A program made the position numbers and the translations under genes. DNA of 63,657 bases, the filler included, from Basidiobolus ranarum (Eukaryota), in assembly GCA_040143965.1 (NCBI GenBank). It is 34 parts of 34 records of this genome, joined end to end, with 100 filler letters (N's around TTAATTAATTAA, not from the genome) between each part and the next. Parts side by side here need not be neighbours in the genome. Positions count along the whole stretch, not along the records: positions 24,443 to 26,218 come from JASJQH010011232.1; positions 26,319 to 28,093 come from JASJQH010011233.1; positions 28,194 to 29,968 come from JASJQH010011234.1; positions 30,069 to 31,842 come from JASJQH010011235.1; positions 31,943 to 33,716 come from JASJQH010011236.1; positions 33,817 to 35,590 come from JASJQH010011237.1; positions 35,691 to 37,464 come from JASJQH010011238.1; positions 37,565 to 39,337 come from JASJQH010011239.1; 26 more parts are not named here. One strand, 5' to 3'. Numbering within the stretch: the stretch's first letter is position 1; the number at the start of each line of letters is the position of its first letter. The notes beneath the pieces were generated by a model. The model did no database searches, had not been told where the DNA came from, and was given only the letters and a program-made list of their open reading frames with translations. Shown here piece after piece: positions 24,822 through 38,367 of this stretch.

Positions 24822-26318
24822 CTTTCCTAATTACTTTTAGCATAGTTAGCAAGTATCTCACATTGTTATCCAAGTAACACTCTGCTACTATTTAAAGCAT
24901 GTGATTATCCTATAGGACAGAAGAAAACATCATCAGAGTTCGATTTTATGGGGGAATTATAGTAAATTCTAATAAACCCCATTAGTTCCTTTTACTGTAT
25001 CAAATGATGGTAGAAACCAAATAATAATATAATTAATTGTTTAAATACCAGAGTTTCCAAACGTGTTTTGTGCAAGATTCTATAATATGGGATAATGTTA
25101 CTCTAGAGAAACATACCTTTCATTTGTCTTTACATGTAATTGTGGTGTATAGTCGATTTTAATTGTGGTTTAGTAAAATTTTACCATAAATTCAAAGTAT
25201 CTTTGGTATAATTATTATATTATCCACCGACTATTATATAAGTTAACCATTTATACCGAGCAATTTACTTCAGTTGTATAATAATACATATGTTGTTGAT
25301 GAATCTAACAAGAACCAATCTAATCAGTATATCAGTGGGTAAATGAAAATATAGTAACACCAACCAATAGATTCATTTCACCATTTAATGTAATCCGATG
25401 TTGATGGTATTCAATCGGGTAATCTATGGAATCTAGCTACTACTCGTAGAAAATAGATGGGTGATTTGGAGTGGAAATGAAATTATAATTCGGTAGATTT
25501 TATTAGCGATCTTTCAAGTTGGTGTTTTAAGAATATTTCGATTCCTTCGAATGTCGTTCCATTAATATTCCTATTCCCATTCCCATTCCCATTCCCATAC
25601 CTGTATTCTCTTTCCTTTCGATTTCTCTCTTTTTCTCTTACTTTCTTTTCTTTTGAAGTATTTCCACTTTACTACCCACTTTTAGGTGTTATATTGAGGA
25701 GATTTCTTTAACCAAGTATATGATATCGTTTCTTTTGACCCTGAACATAACATAGTATAAAACCTGCTCCTTTTCTATCTCATTATGACTTCAGGGTGTC
25801 AAGAAGGGAGACGAGTTAGAAGCACTAGGTGAGTTATTTTGAAAGAAACCTTACTTGGAAGTTGAATAAGGGTAGTAAGTAAGTAGTATTGAAATTCCAG
25901 TCAACTCCATTGACTTTGCTTTCACAGTTGCTCTATCGAAACTAAACTCACTTATACGGGCTACTCGTATAATTGGAGTATCTTGCTCACTTCTTACTAG
26001 TGCTTCTTCGTTACTGTTTATCTAGGGTGTAATTAAGTAACATCGATGGAGTTTAAGAAGAGAATTTTTATTGAAAGTGGGTGTGCCGTATAAAAATACA
26101 AGATACATTTTGTTGCCACATGTACACAAGTTTGGTACCTGGAACCCAAAAGCCGTGCCCTTAGTTATTATATTTAAAGCGTGCATGAGAAGAAAGGGAG
26201 GGGAGAGGAGTGAATGGGNNNNNNNNNNNNNNNNNNNNNNNNNNNNNNNNNNNNNNNNNNNNTTAATTAATTAANNNNNNNNNNNNNNNNNNNNNNNNNN
26301 NNNNNNNNNNNNNNNNNN

Positions 26319-28093
26319 GGCTCCAAGAAGCTATCTATAAGCACTGGTGATTTAGGTCCAGATATGATGGATAGTATCAAAATATTATGACTCTTATACC
26401 ATTCAGAAGGAGGAAGATTTAAGTTAATTTAAATTATTGGCCAGCAAGCCTTTCGAACATTATATTTGTTTGGTGAGAAACCATCCAGAGCCAATGCAAA
26501 TGAATGATCATACATGTTCTCAAAGAAATCTTGACTGATCAGACTCTGGTAGTGATATCCATCAAGTATATTGGTAATACCATGAGCTGTACAGTGAGTA
26601 CCTTGGTATTGGATCAATGATCTATATTTGGGTGATTTCATCAAAATTTTAAGATCGGGAATCCATGGTATGTAAGCTAATTATGAATGATATTTACATG
26701 ATTTAGTGGGTGCCAATTTTGTCAAACAGTACATGACTTTAAGATATTCAGTTCACTGGTGAAAGCCAAACAACCATTTGGACATGAAGGTAGTTTGATT
26801 ACTGAAGGATTTTGAGTCATACAATTGCAAGTGTTTTCCACTTCCTCTGGGTCTGTGGCAAGTAACAGTTGCCAATCAACTGTGGTAAAAGTGCAAATAA
26901 ACAAATAAATACTTGGTTGCTAAGATTGGATTGAACTCTGTGCTTCTCAATTATCAAAGCTGCTTCCTTTACACCCAAACAGAAATTTGAGGACTGTTAT
27001 TGTAGGAAAACTATCACAATTTTAATCCATTTGGGATTGATTTTTACTTACCATCATAAAATTGTCAAGTTGAATTTGATTTTAATCAATTTTTTTTAGT
27101 TTCAGGAGTGAAATTTCCAGATCTCACAAAATAATTGCACATGATTGGCTACAATCTCAGCAAAATATGAGTCAAAGCATGTGTGAAAAACATAACTCAA
27201 ATTTTACACATTTAGCACTGGAATGTTAATTTGCCACCTTCAAAATTCCTAGTTTCTTTGATATATTCGCCTAAACATATTTATATAGTTCTTCATACCC
27301 AAGGTTTAACTCATATCAAACACAAGTCTTTATCAATATCTCCATCAAAGCCCACCATTGTATTAATGTTGCTGAATCAAGATACTTCCAGCTATCTAGC
27401 GGATATCCTATAACATTATGCCACTCTGTATTAAGTTCTTCCCAGATTTCTGCACAATCAGTACCAGACTGAATGTCAAGCTAAATGTTCTTCTTCTGAA
27501 GCTACTTTCTGCATACTTGCACTGCATTTTTCCCTTCATACTTTTGAAAATACTCCTCAAGTACTTTTACAATTTTCATATGTCCTTGTAGTATGACACT
27601 ACTGAGGGTGCTTTGCAGTGTTTGTGTGGCTCTTTGCTTGCCTTTAACTTTGGGGCAAATTTCCACACTTTGAAAGTACCAGTTGGGGTTGGAGAGCCAT
27701 GAATTTTGTTTCCTGGTGTTTTAGCTTGGTGAGAGGTGCGAGATGTTAGAGAAACCTCCAAATTTAGCACTCTTCCACTGTTGTACCTGGATCCACAGTA
27801 AATTTAAGCTTTTTTGCCATTATATCTAAGTCTGGAAATGCAGATCTTTGTAATGGTGTGAAGAATTCAGTAAGTGGGACAGTAGAACCCAAACTCACTG
27901 GCTGCTTTGCTTTTCCCTTGGGTTTCCTAACTTGCAGCTCCTTCAGTACTTCTTTAGCCGCTTTTCTTCATTTTCCAAGTAGCTAATTGCATACATTTTT
28001 GAAACGATGCATGAATAGGCCTGTACTAGCCCAATTGCCATTTGCTTGCAAAAACCCAGGATAAGCAACATGAAATAAGTCAAGAACCTTTAG
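26319..28093 (-). mobile_element. CACTA-like transposase (26319..26973) abutting a second copy's terminus (26974) and ORF-B 3' half
   Basis: CPNGCLAF, FALALDGFSP, ACWPII; CCCAAACAGAAATTTGAGG at 26974. Confidence 0.85.
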
Positions 28094-28193
28094 NNNNNNN
28101 NNNNNNNNNNNNNNNNNNNNNNNNNNNNNNNNNNNNNTTAATTAATTAANNNNNNNNNNNNNNNNNNNNNNNNNNNNNNNNNNNNNNNNNNNN

Positions 28194-29968
28194 ATTAGCT
28201 AGGAAGAAAAATAGGAAACTTGAGAAGCATTGATGTTTTATTTTCTAAACTTGATAATTATTGAATTCAATATTTCACAAAGGACAGTTACCAAAGTTTG
28301 GGAAGTGACATTACAGAGAGTTAAATCTTAGTACTTAGAGCCTGTTAATGCTATTTAGGAGTGTATTAAAAGTGACTGGGAACACTAAGAGCACTGGTAG
28401 TATCAATGCTTGATTAATTGTGTAGAAATTTGACTTCAGAGTTTTATAAAAGGTAACCCTAAAAATTTGTACAATATATCAAGGAAGATTCTGCTAAAGT
28501 ACTTGGAATCCTGTTGGAAGTGGTTTGGGTAACTAGGGAAGTTAATGGATTTCAGATATTAATTTTGCAAGCAGAAAGTTGGCATTCCTCACTTTATCAT
28601 GATGAAAGCTAACAAACACATATGATGTGTTGAGGTAGGTTCCAGGAGCATGTGTACCAAGTCTAGGCCTTCCCACACAAGTTTGAAAAATCTATATATC
28701 TGAGAACTGCAAAGTAGGTTAACATATTTTTAGCAAGCAATAATTGAGAATAACGGGTACTGTCTTAATGAAATATAGGATAACTAAAAACTGGGCAATA
28801 TATTACTACTTAGGTGCATAAACACTGCAAACCCTGACACCCTCTCTCAAATAAATAGTCATGTAAACTAATTCTAAGGATGGTCTAAGATTCTCAAATT
28901 TCTGCCTAGGTAATGATTTAAGTTGACTCAGTAAACTTGTTCTCTCTGTGTTCTCTCATAAAATATGTCAAATTTCTAAATGCTTGCTTCTAGTATAAAG
29001 TGCAAGCTATCAAGCTGACTGGATACAACTTTGTTAACCTTGAAATATTGTAGTTAGTGATTTTTGAGAATAGCCCAAGTTTGTTCAAAGCATTCTTCAA
29101 CAGGGATGGAGAGAAGTCTACAGGCAAGTGTAGTAGTATGAGCAACCTGTCATAAAAAAGAACTGGACCAAGACTGGAAATAGCAACATTGAGATATTTT
29201 AGGATTTCTATTCCAGCCATAGTGAGAATCAAGAAATACAAGAATCTTGTTGTGTTTAGGCACTACATTTGCACATACTTGACTGATCAGACATAACTCA
29301 GCAACAGCAATATGCTTTACCAGCAAACTAATAGTGGAAAAATTGCTATACATCTGAAATTTTGAATAGTACTGACACTTGGCATATAACTAACTCATGT
29401 TGCTGTTAACAATCAGAATAAGCTCTTGGAGTTTGGCAAATTTTCATAAAGAATTCAGCCAACATATCCCCAACTTGTAGTCAACCAATGTCCTGCCACA
29501 AGTAGATGTGTCACTGTTTGAATAGATTACCCCATGGTTAAAACAATAAAACTGCATATCTCCATCTATCTCACCAAGAAGTCTGTCTTGTAGCTTTCCT
29601 AGAAATACCATCAGATAATCAAACAAACAAATTAGTCCAAATTATAGAGGTACTTACTCTGTGTCCATGGATTGGGCTTTATTGCTGTTATTGTGCTCAA
29701 ACAATGCAAAAAACCATAAGCACATTGAAAAGAGCCCTTTGTTGGAAGGTTGATATACTCTGGAGTTTCCTTAACCTGTCACACTACATCCACAACTGAT
29801 TTTGCTGATACATTGTTAATCAGATTAGCATACAGTAATACTGACAATTTCACACAGAGCATCATTTCACTGCAGGTGTGCTCTATTGGGAACTACCTAT
29901 CATGGAGTTTAGTTTTGTATTTAGATAGTAGTAATGTGTAAGCCTGATAGTGTAAGCTCCATTGACTT
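28194..29968 (-). mobile_element. Mosaic: diverged copia gag start and LTR-A-like copies (~28200..28900), LTR-F end and PBS (~29095..29190), CACTA-like transposase 3' part (~29190..29968)
   Basis: Similarity to the families defined in other contigs. Confidence 0.75.
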
Positions 29969-30068
29969 NNNNNNNNNNNNNNNNNNNNNNNNNNNNNNNN
30001 NNNNNNNNNNNNTTAATTAATTAANNNNNNNNNNNNNNNNNNNNNNNNNNNNNNNNNNNNNNNNNNNN

Positions 30069-31842
30069 CAAACTACTGTACCTTATACTCCACAGCAAAA
30101 TGGAGTTACAGAATGTGCTAATAGGACCATAGTGGAGATGGCAAGATCAATGTTACATGATCAAAAGTTAGATTACCAACATTGGGCTGAATCTGTCTCC
30201 ACTGCATTTTATATCAAAAACAGATGCCCAACAAAATTGCAATGAAATTCTACTCCATTTGAAGCTCATATGGATCAAAACCAAGTGTGCATCATCTCAG
30301 GATCTTTGGTTGCACAGCAAATTGCCTAATTCCAGCTCAAAAATGCTCAAATTTGGAACCCAAAAGCAGAAAATGCATATTTCTTGGTTACTCTGATGGA
30401 TCCAAGGCCTACAGACTGTTTGCTACCAAAAATCAGAAGTTAATTAAGTGCAGAGATGTGATTTTTGATGAAAAAGCAAATTTTTCACCTCAAATCGTAG
30501 TTCTTGAGACCATAAGACACAATCAGCACTATTCAGGAAGTGTCTGACAAAATTCCAGCTGTATCTGAGCCCTATTCAACCAAAATACTAGTCCCAATTA
30601 TATCAAAGGATGATACAGGGCCCAGAAGATCATCCAGAAGGAGAAATAAGCAAGGGAACTGGTGGAACACTTCCAATGCTGATGTATATGCTTATGCAGC
30701 ATTCTGTGACAAGCCATAGACTCTAGATCAAGCTTTGGAGTGTCCAGAATCAAAATTGTGGGAAAAAGCAATGTCAGATGAGTTCACTTCACTTCAGGAC
30801 AATAAAACGTGGGTTTTAAGTCCTCTTCCATCAGGGAGAAAGCCAATCGGTTGCAATTAGGTCTACAAAGTCAAAAACCAAGCTGATGAAACCATAGAAA
30901 GGTACAAAGCAAGATTAGTTGCAAAAGGCTATTCCCAGACTCCAGGAGTTGATTTTAATGAAACATTTGATCCAGTAGCTAAGTTTAGCTCCATTAGATC
31001 AATCCTGGCACTCTCAGCCATCCATAACCTTGATCTACATCAAATGGATGTGAAAACAGCCTTTCTGAATGGAAATCTAGAAGAAGAGATCTATATGGAG
31101 CAACTAGATGGATTTGATGACCAAAAACATCCTGAAATGGTCTGTAAACTGCAAAAATTGCTCTATGGACTCAAGCAAGCACCCAGGGCATGGAACAACA
31201 AGATAGATACCTATTTGGATTCTCTGGAATTTCAAAAATGCACAGCAGATCACAGTATTTACATCAAATCAACTGGAAATAGGATCCTTATCTTGGCACT
31301 ATATGTAGATGAATTAAGCATGGCCACAAATGATCTAGAAGCACTTAATAAGACAAAAAGCGGCTTATCAAACCAATTACAGATGTCTGATCTGCGTTAA
31401 TTAAGTTATTTTCTTGGAATCCAAATTAAGAGATATAAACTGAATCAGTCTAGATACATCCTAGACTTCCTAAAACGCTTCAACATGGAGAATAGCAAGC
31501 CTGTATCAAAACCAATGGATCCAAATGGGAGATTAATTAAAATTTCATCCAATTTGGCCCAAAATGACTCAAATCAAAGCCAGGAGTTCCCTAATCTATC
31601 CAAGGTTGGTAGTTTAATGTATACAATGGTTGGAACATGTCCAGACATTGCTGTGGTAGTGGGAACTGTCAGCCAATACCTCAAAAATCCAGGATCTGAG
31701 CACAAAACTGCAGTAACACAAATATTCAGGTATTTGAGAGGAACTGTAGATCTAGTTTTGGAATACTTTGCCACTCCTGATGCATGAAATTTTGAAGGCT
31801 ACAGTGATGCAGACTGGGGAAGAAACCTTGATGATAGATTAG
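30069..31842 (+). mobile_element. Decayed copia family C integrase-RT
   Basis: [54 protein letters not shown]. Confidence 0.95.
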
Positions 31843-31942
31843 NNNNNNNNNNNNNNNNNNNNNNNNNNNNNNNNNNNNNNNNNNNNTTAATTAATTAANN
31901 NNNNNNNNNNNNNNNNNNNNNNNNNNNNNNNNNNNNNNNNNN

Positions 31943-33716
31943 CATTGCTTGAATAGATTAACCCATGGCTAAAACAATAATACTGCATATCTCAATCTAT
32001 CTCACCAAGAAGTCTGTCTGGCAGGTTTCCTGGAAATACCTTAAGATTATTACACAAGCAAATTAGTCCAAATTATCAAGATACTTACTCTTTATCCATG
32101 GATTGGGCTTTGTTGATGATCTTGTGCTCAAACAATGCAAAAACCCACAAGCACATTGAAAAGAGTCCTTTGTTGGCAGGTTAATATACTCTGGAGTCTC
32201 CTTAACCCATCACATGACATTCATTACTGATTTTGCTAATACATTGTTAATGAGATTAGCATATAGTAGTACTGGCAATTTCACATGGAGCATTAATTTC
32301 ACCACAAGTGTGCTCTATTGGGAACTCCCAGGATGTATAGCAAGGGTCTATAATCTCTAAGCATTGTGAAAGATGCAGCAGGTAATGTATTGAATACTGG
32401 CATAGATTCAGTCTATCTTCTTTAAACCTGCAATAAAGTTTTTCATATCCAATCACAAAATCTTTGCATAGTCACTGTATCTCCCGGAGATCTGCCAATG
32501 TGGGTTGATGCTGTAAGAATATGTTAACAATATCCCCAAATAGCTCCCAATGTTGCCAATACCTATCAGGCAGAAATCTTTTCAAGATTCCACTTGAATA
32601 TATACAAATTCAATACTGCCAGTCTTTGCATTTGAATGAATACCTAGATGAGTGGATATTGATGGGAGTCCTAGGTAATATGATAGTATCTTAATATTTT
32701 CAAGCTTGTTACCAATCAATTCATACTTTGGTCCTATCTCAAATGGCTCATTCATATTGAATTTTCCACTATATAGCTGAGTAAGTAGCATAGGAGTGTT
32801 GTTAAATAGTAAGTGCATGGTGCCTAATGGGAAGCTCTGGCACCAGCTGATCCCCTTTAGCAATATAATCTTAAGCTTATGGTAATACCAAGTTTGATGT
32901 TAGACTGACTATTTAGTGAATTGATATCAGTGATCATGTTGAAATCTGACTGGGCTCTTAACAGTAAAATCATGGAGCTTTGTTTTGTATTTGGATAGTA
33001 GCAATGTGTATGCCTGATAGAGTAGACTCCATTGATTTGACAAAATTTACAGCAAGACATTGCATTGTGCCCACAAAAACCTCCAAGTTTACTGATGGCA
33101 GGAGTGTCACCAGTACATACAATCATATAAGCTTTAATAAGATATTCACCCATCTGAACCCCAATAGATAACCATTCAAATTCTGCAATCAAAGGCTCCA
33201 AGAAGCTATATACAAGCACTGGTGATTTAAAACTTTAAGATCGGGAATTAATGGTATGTAAGCCAATTGTGAAGGATATTTACCTGATTCAGTGCTTGCC
33301 AGTTGTGTGCAAGCATTACATGACTTCAGGTTTTTCAGATCACTGGTCAAAGCCAAATAAACATTTGGACAAAAAGGTAGTTTCATTACTGAAGGATTAC
33401 AAGTCATATGATTTCCAAGTGCTTTCCACTTGTACCAGGTCTGTGGCAAGCAACAGTTGCCAATCAAAGATGATAAAAGTGTAAGAAAATCAATAAAACC
33501 TGGTTGCTAAGATTGGATTGAACTCTCCACTCCTCAATACTCAAAGCTGCTTCCTTTACTGTAAGTGTTATTAGTGGACTATGCTTGCCAATAGCAGAGA
33601 GTCTGTTGCAAAACCAATGTCCTCTTCTTCAACTTCTGATATACTACCATCAGTACTGGAATAACCGTTGTCTTCTTCTTCAACTTCTGATACACTACCA
33701 TCCATACAGAAATAAT
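31943..33716 (-). mobile_element. CACTA-like transposase, decayed, with ~290-bp internal deletion near 33228
   Basis: FLEPLI, GDTPAISKLGGFCGHNAMSCCKFC, GTMH, HYLLHL...WEFPIE. Confidence 0.88.
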
Positions 33717-33816
33717 NNNNNNNNNNNNNNNNNNNNNNNNNNNNNNNNNNNNNNNNNNNNTTAATTAATTAANNNNNNNNNNNNNNNNNNNNNNNNNNNN
33801 NNNNNNNNNNNNNNNN

Positions 33817-35249
33817 TCTCTGAATGGAAATCCAGAATAAGAGATCTATGTGGAGCAACCAGATGGATTTATAGATCCAAAACACACTGATATGGTCTGT
33901 AAACTGCAAAAATTGCTATATGGACTCAAGCAAGCACCCAGGGCATGGTACAACAAGATAGAAACCTATGTGGAATCACTAGAATTCCAAAAATGCAAAG
34001 CAGATCACATTATTTGCTTCAAAACATCTGGAAGTGGGATCCTGATCTTGGCACTATGTGTGGATGACACAACCATAGCCGCAAATGATCTAGAAGCACT
34101 TATTCAGACAAAAAGCTGTTTATCAAGCTAATTTTAGATGACAGATATGGGTGAATCAAGTTATTTTCTTGGAATCCAAATCAAGAGAGATAAACCCAAT
34201 CAGAAAATCATGCTGAATCAGTCTAGATACATCCTAGACATCCAAAATGCTTGAGCATGGAGAACAGAAACCCTGTATCAACACTGATGGATCTTAATGT
34301 GAAATGAATCAAAATTTTATCCAATTTGGCCCACAATGACTCAAATTAAAGCCAGGAGTTCCCTTATCAATTCATGGAGGGTATTTAAAGTATACAATGG
34401 TTGGAACATGTCCAGACATTGCTGTGGTAGTGGGAACTGTCAGCCAATGTCTCAAAAATCCTGAATCTGAGCACAAAACCGCAGTAAAACAAATATTTAA
34501 GTATTTGAGAGGAACTGTAGATCTAGTTCTGGAAAACTCTGCCACTCCTGATGCATAAACTTTTGAAGGCTTCAGTGATGCAGACTGGGGAAGAAATCTT
34601 GATGATATATGATCAACAACTGGGTACACTTTTCTCTATGGGGAAGGAGACATAATTTGGAATAGTAAGAAGCAACCAATGATAGCCCTTTCCCATACAG
34701 AAGCAGAATACATGGCTGCCTCTCCTACTACACAAGATGCTATGTGATAAAGGAAGTTATTATAGACTTGGGATACATACAAAAATGCACTATTACTGTA
34801 TTTGAACATAATTAAAGTTGTATTTCATTAGCTAAAAACCCTACATTGCATGCTAGAATAAAACATATAGATATTAGGCATGAATTTGTTAGACAAGCAA
34901 TAGAGAATGATATAATTGAAGTTGTCTATTGCCCTATGGAAGAAATGATAGCTGACATTTCAACCAAACCTTTAGCTAAAGCACAATCTGAATTATTAAG
35001 ATATCAGTTAGGTTTCAGAGAAATATGAAATAATTAGTTGAGTGGGAATATTGAAATTAGGTAAATAGCAACTCATTTTTTAATAGTTAGTTTATTCATG
35101 TTCTGATTATTTAGCACTCAATTCTGCCATACAAAAATGTGAGTTTATTACTCTAAGTGATAGCAGTATCAATAAGATCACTTTAACCAATTTTCACTAT
35201 TTGCTTAATACTTCTCCAAATCATCTCAAATTTTCACCCATGCTCAACA
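33817..35249 (+). mobile_element. Copia family C RT-RNase H, PPT and 3' LTR-C (~35049..35249)
   Basis: LYGLKQAPRAW, SDADWG, KHIDIRHEFVR; GAGTGGGAA then T(A)TTGAAATTAGG...CTCAACA. Confidence 0.9.
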
Positions 35250-35690
35250 GGCATGTTTGTTATTATCTAAGCACATCCATTAGTACTATTTTCTAGTAAA
35301 CTATAAATAGGATATATTCAATTCAATAAAACTTGAGTGTCTAATTTGCAAATCCAAATCTTGCCCAAAACACTTCCAAATTGTACCTTTCTATAATGCC
35401 ATCAGAATTGAATTTGGCTTGAGACACCAATTGGCAGCCAATTGAATAGATTCAACAGGTAATTTGTTTCCCAATAATAATCTAGTCTATTTGATTTGGA
35501 ATGGATGAACCATTCTAGATTGCAAAAGGATCAGAGAACCATGACCATATTGGTGGCTTGCAATCTGTCAGGAATTTTCATGGTGAGATGNNNNNNNNNN
35601 NNNNNNNNNNNNNNNNNNNNNNNNNNNNNNNNNNTTAATTAATTAANNNNNNNNNNNNNNNNNNNNNNNNNNNNNNNNNNNNNNNNNNNN

Positions 35691-37464
35691 TACATGTTAG
35701 TTTGCTTACATCTTGACAAAACCATAAATGTCAACTTTATACTCAATAAGTCCATAAGTGAAAACCACCAATTCCTCTAGTTCTCCAAACCACTTCCAAC
35801 AAGTTCCCAAATACTTTGACAGGTTATGAGCCCCAAGCTAGCACTCTCTGTAATGTCTACTTCCCAATTTTATGGAACTTTTCCTCTGCCTGAAAAACTG
35901 GATGGAACCAATTATCAAGTTTGGAAAATTAAAATCAAAATGCTGCTGCAAGAAAAAGGACTTAGGGACATTGTTTCAGGAGAAGAAAACAATGCCAAAT
36001 TATCCAAAACCAAAGTTTTATCCAAGGTTAAACCAGAACCAAGTGCCTTTAATACAATTTGTCTAAATGTTAAAGACAAATTGCTAATTAATTGTTAAAG
36101 AGCTAAAACTGCCAAGAAGGTATGGAAAGCCTTGCAAGGAACCTACCAAACAAGTTCTGCTGTCAACAAGATGTTTCTAAGAAGATAATCTTTGACTTAA
36201 GGATGAGGCCAGGAGAAGACATTAAATTACTAAGTAATGTTAACTAACTTTTATGTGATGCACAAAATAGTTAGGTGTATAAAGATAGAGATAACAAATA
36301 TGATAAAGACAATAAACTTCAACATTATCCACTTTTGAGAAGTTCATGGAATTAAGCAAGCAACTACTGCCCCCTATTCATCTCAACAAGATAGAGTTGC
36401 TTAAAGAGCTAACAGGGCTATTATAAAATTAGCAAGTTCAATGATACATGTAGAGAATTTTTCTCATAACTTTTGGGCAGAATATGTTGCTACTGTGGTA
36501 TATCTGAAGAATAGGATTTTTACTAGAAGTCCATCTTACTCTACACCATATCAAGCTTGGTTTGGAGTTAAACCGGAAGTAAAACATTTGATTATCTTTG
36601 GATGCATTACTTGTGTCAAAATTATGACCAAAAATTGGTCTAAATTAGGTACACAAAGTACAAAATGCATATTTCTGGGTTATTCCACTCAAGCTAGGGC
36701 CTACAGGTGCTATGATAACAAAATTTCCCAGTAAATCAAATACAGGCATGTTTTGTTTAATGAAGATAAAAAAACTCACTCAAAATGACCTCAGATGATG
36801 ACAGATATCAATTGTCTCCTGATGTAATCACTCAAATTGACTCAAACCAAAACAATGAAGAAAATAACATTCTGGTGGATGATTCAACCAGAATCTTACC
36901 TACTGAAGTGCCCAACATAATTCCAGAAATTGTAGTAGCTTTATCCTTAACCAGGAGATGAAATTGGATTAGAAATAGACCTGATTACTCTATGAATGAG
37001 TTCCAAATTGGGTCTATGGCTGCACAGCTCAAATACACAAGCTATAAACTACAATAGAGGCCCTGAATGGCCTCACACAAAATTTTGAAGATCTGCCATG
37101 GCTGATGAGTACCAGGCTTAGATTGATAAACAAACTTGACTTGAATCAACTTACCTGATGACAGAAAATCAATAGGCTGCTGATGAGTGTTTAAAGCTAA
37201 ATATAACTCTCATGGTGTTGGATAATCAATCTTTATTCAACATCATAGTTAACTTTAGTTACGGAACATATATCAGAAACATAAAGCAACATATCTATAG
37301 CCCCTATACTCTAAATAGGAATATCTCTATATCTATATAACGAGTATGTCTTATTGTTGAAAGTCTGGTGACTTGTGGTACAAGCAGTAATTCCCAAAGA
37401 GGAAAATATGGAGTATGGTGACTGCATCTGAACACAAAGTCTAAGGCCAATCAGTTGCTTGTAT
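35691..37464 (+). mobile_element. Copia family A: LTR-A end (to 35821), PBS, gag start, LTR-B remnant (~36228..36324), integrase to RT start, inserted LTR-D (37216) and another LTR-like start (37355)
   Basis: KLDGTNYQVWK, FWAE, TPYQAWFG; insertion points begin with TGTTG. Confidence 0.85.
35822..35833 (+). promoter_or_regulatory. Primer-binding site for a half-molecule of initiator tRNA-Met (Ty5/copia type)
   Basis: GGTTATGAGCCC directly after LTR ...GACA; complementary to the iMet anticodon stem-loop GGGCUCAUAACC. Confidence 0.85.
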
Positions 37465-37564
37465 NNNNNNNNNNNNNNNNNNNNNNNNNNNNNNNNNNNN
37501 NNNNNNNNTTAATTAATTAANNNNNNNNNNNNNNNNNNNNNNNNNNNNNNNNNNNNNNNNNNNN

Positions 37565-38367
37565 GGATATACCTCTCTCTATGGTGAAGCGGCCATATCT
37601 TGGAATAGCAAGAAACAACTCACCGTAGCACTTTCAACAACTGAAGCAGAATACATGGCAGCATCACATACAGCAAAGGAGGCCATGTGGTTAAGGAAAT
37701 GGCTCAAAGACTTGGGCATTACTAAAAGTTCACACACCTTAATTTTTGAACATAATCAAATTTGCATTTCTTTAACTAAAAATCACAAATTTCATGGTAG
37801 AAGTAAGCACATTGACATTCAACATCACTTTGTTAGGGAAGCTATCAAGAGTAACTTTGTCCAACTATAGTACTGTCCAACTGGGGACATGATTGCTGAC
37901 ATCCTTACCAAACAATTACCCAAGCCAAAATTTGAAGAATTAAGAATTAACTTAGGATTGAGATATATGAATATTGAGTTGAGTGGGAGTGTTGAAGTTT
38001 ATTGTCTTGATCATATTTGTTATCTCTATCTTTATTCAACTAACTATTTCATATTTCACATAAAAGTTAGGTAACAATACTTAGTCAAATATCACTTAGC
38101 TGAAAATTGGAGCATATATTTTATATATATGTGAATAATGTGAGAATTAGCAATTCCATATTGGAAATTTCAAACTCATTCAAATTACCGCAAAGATAGC
38201 TCATTTAACTCCCACATATGTTCTGAACACAACCCCAGTGTTAGTTTTCTGTATTTCCACCAAAATGTATAAATGCTTTATTTCTGAACAATAAATAATT
38301 ATCTCACAAAGTTATTCACAACTCCACTTTTTTAAAGTTTCTCCAAACAGCCCTTTTTTTTCCAATA
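37565..38367 (+). mobile_element. Copia family B RNase H, PPT and complete 3' LTR-B (37990..38367)
   Basis: VALSTTEAEYMA, KHIDIQHHFVRE; GAGTGGGAG then TGTTGAAG...CCAATA. Confidence 0.93.

Noticed and set aside
24830..26218. CpG-normal unique region with a short (CCCATT)n repeat and a purine-rich minus frame
   Set aside because: No convincing ORF, splice model or snoRNA box pair found.
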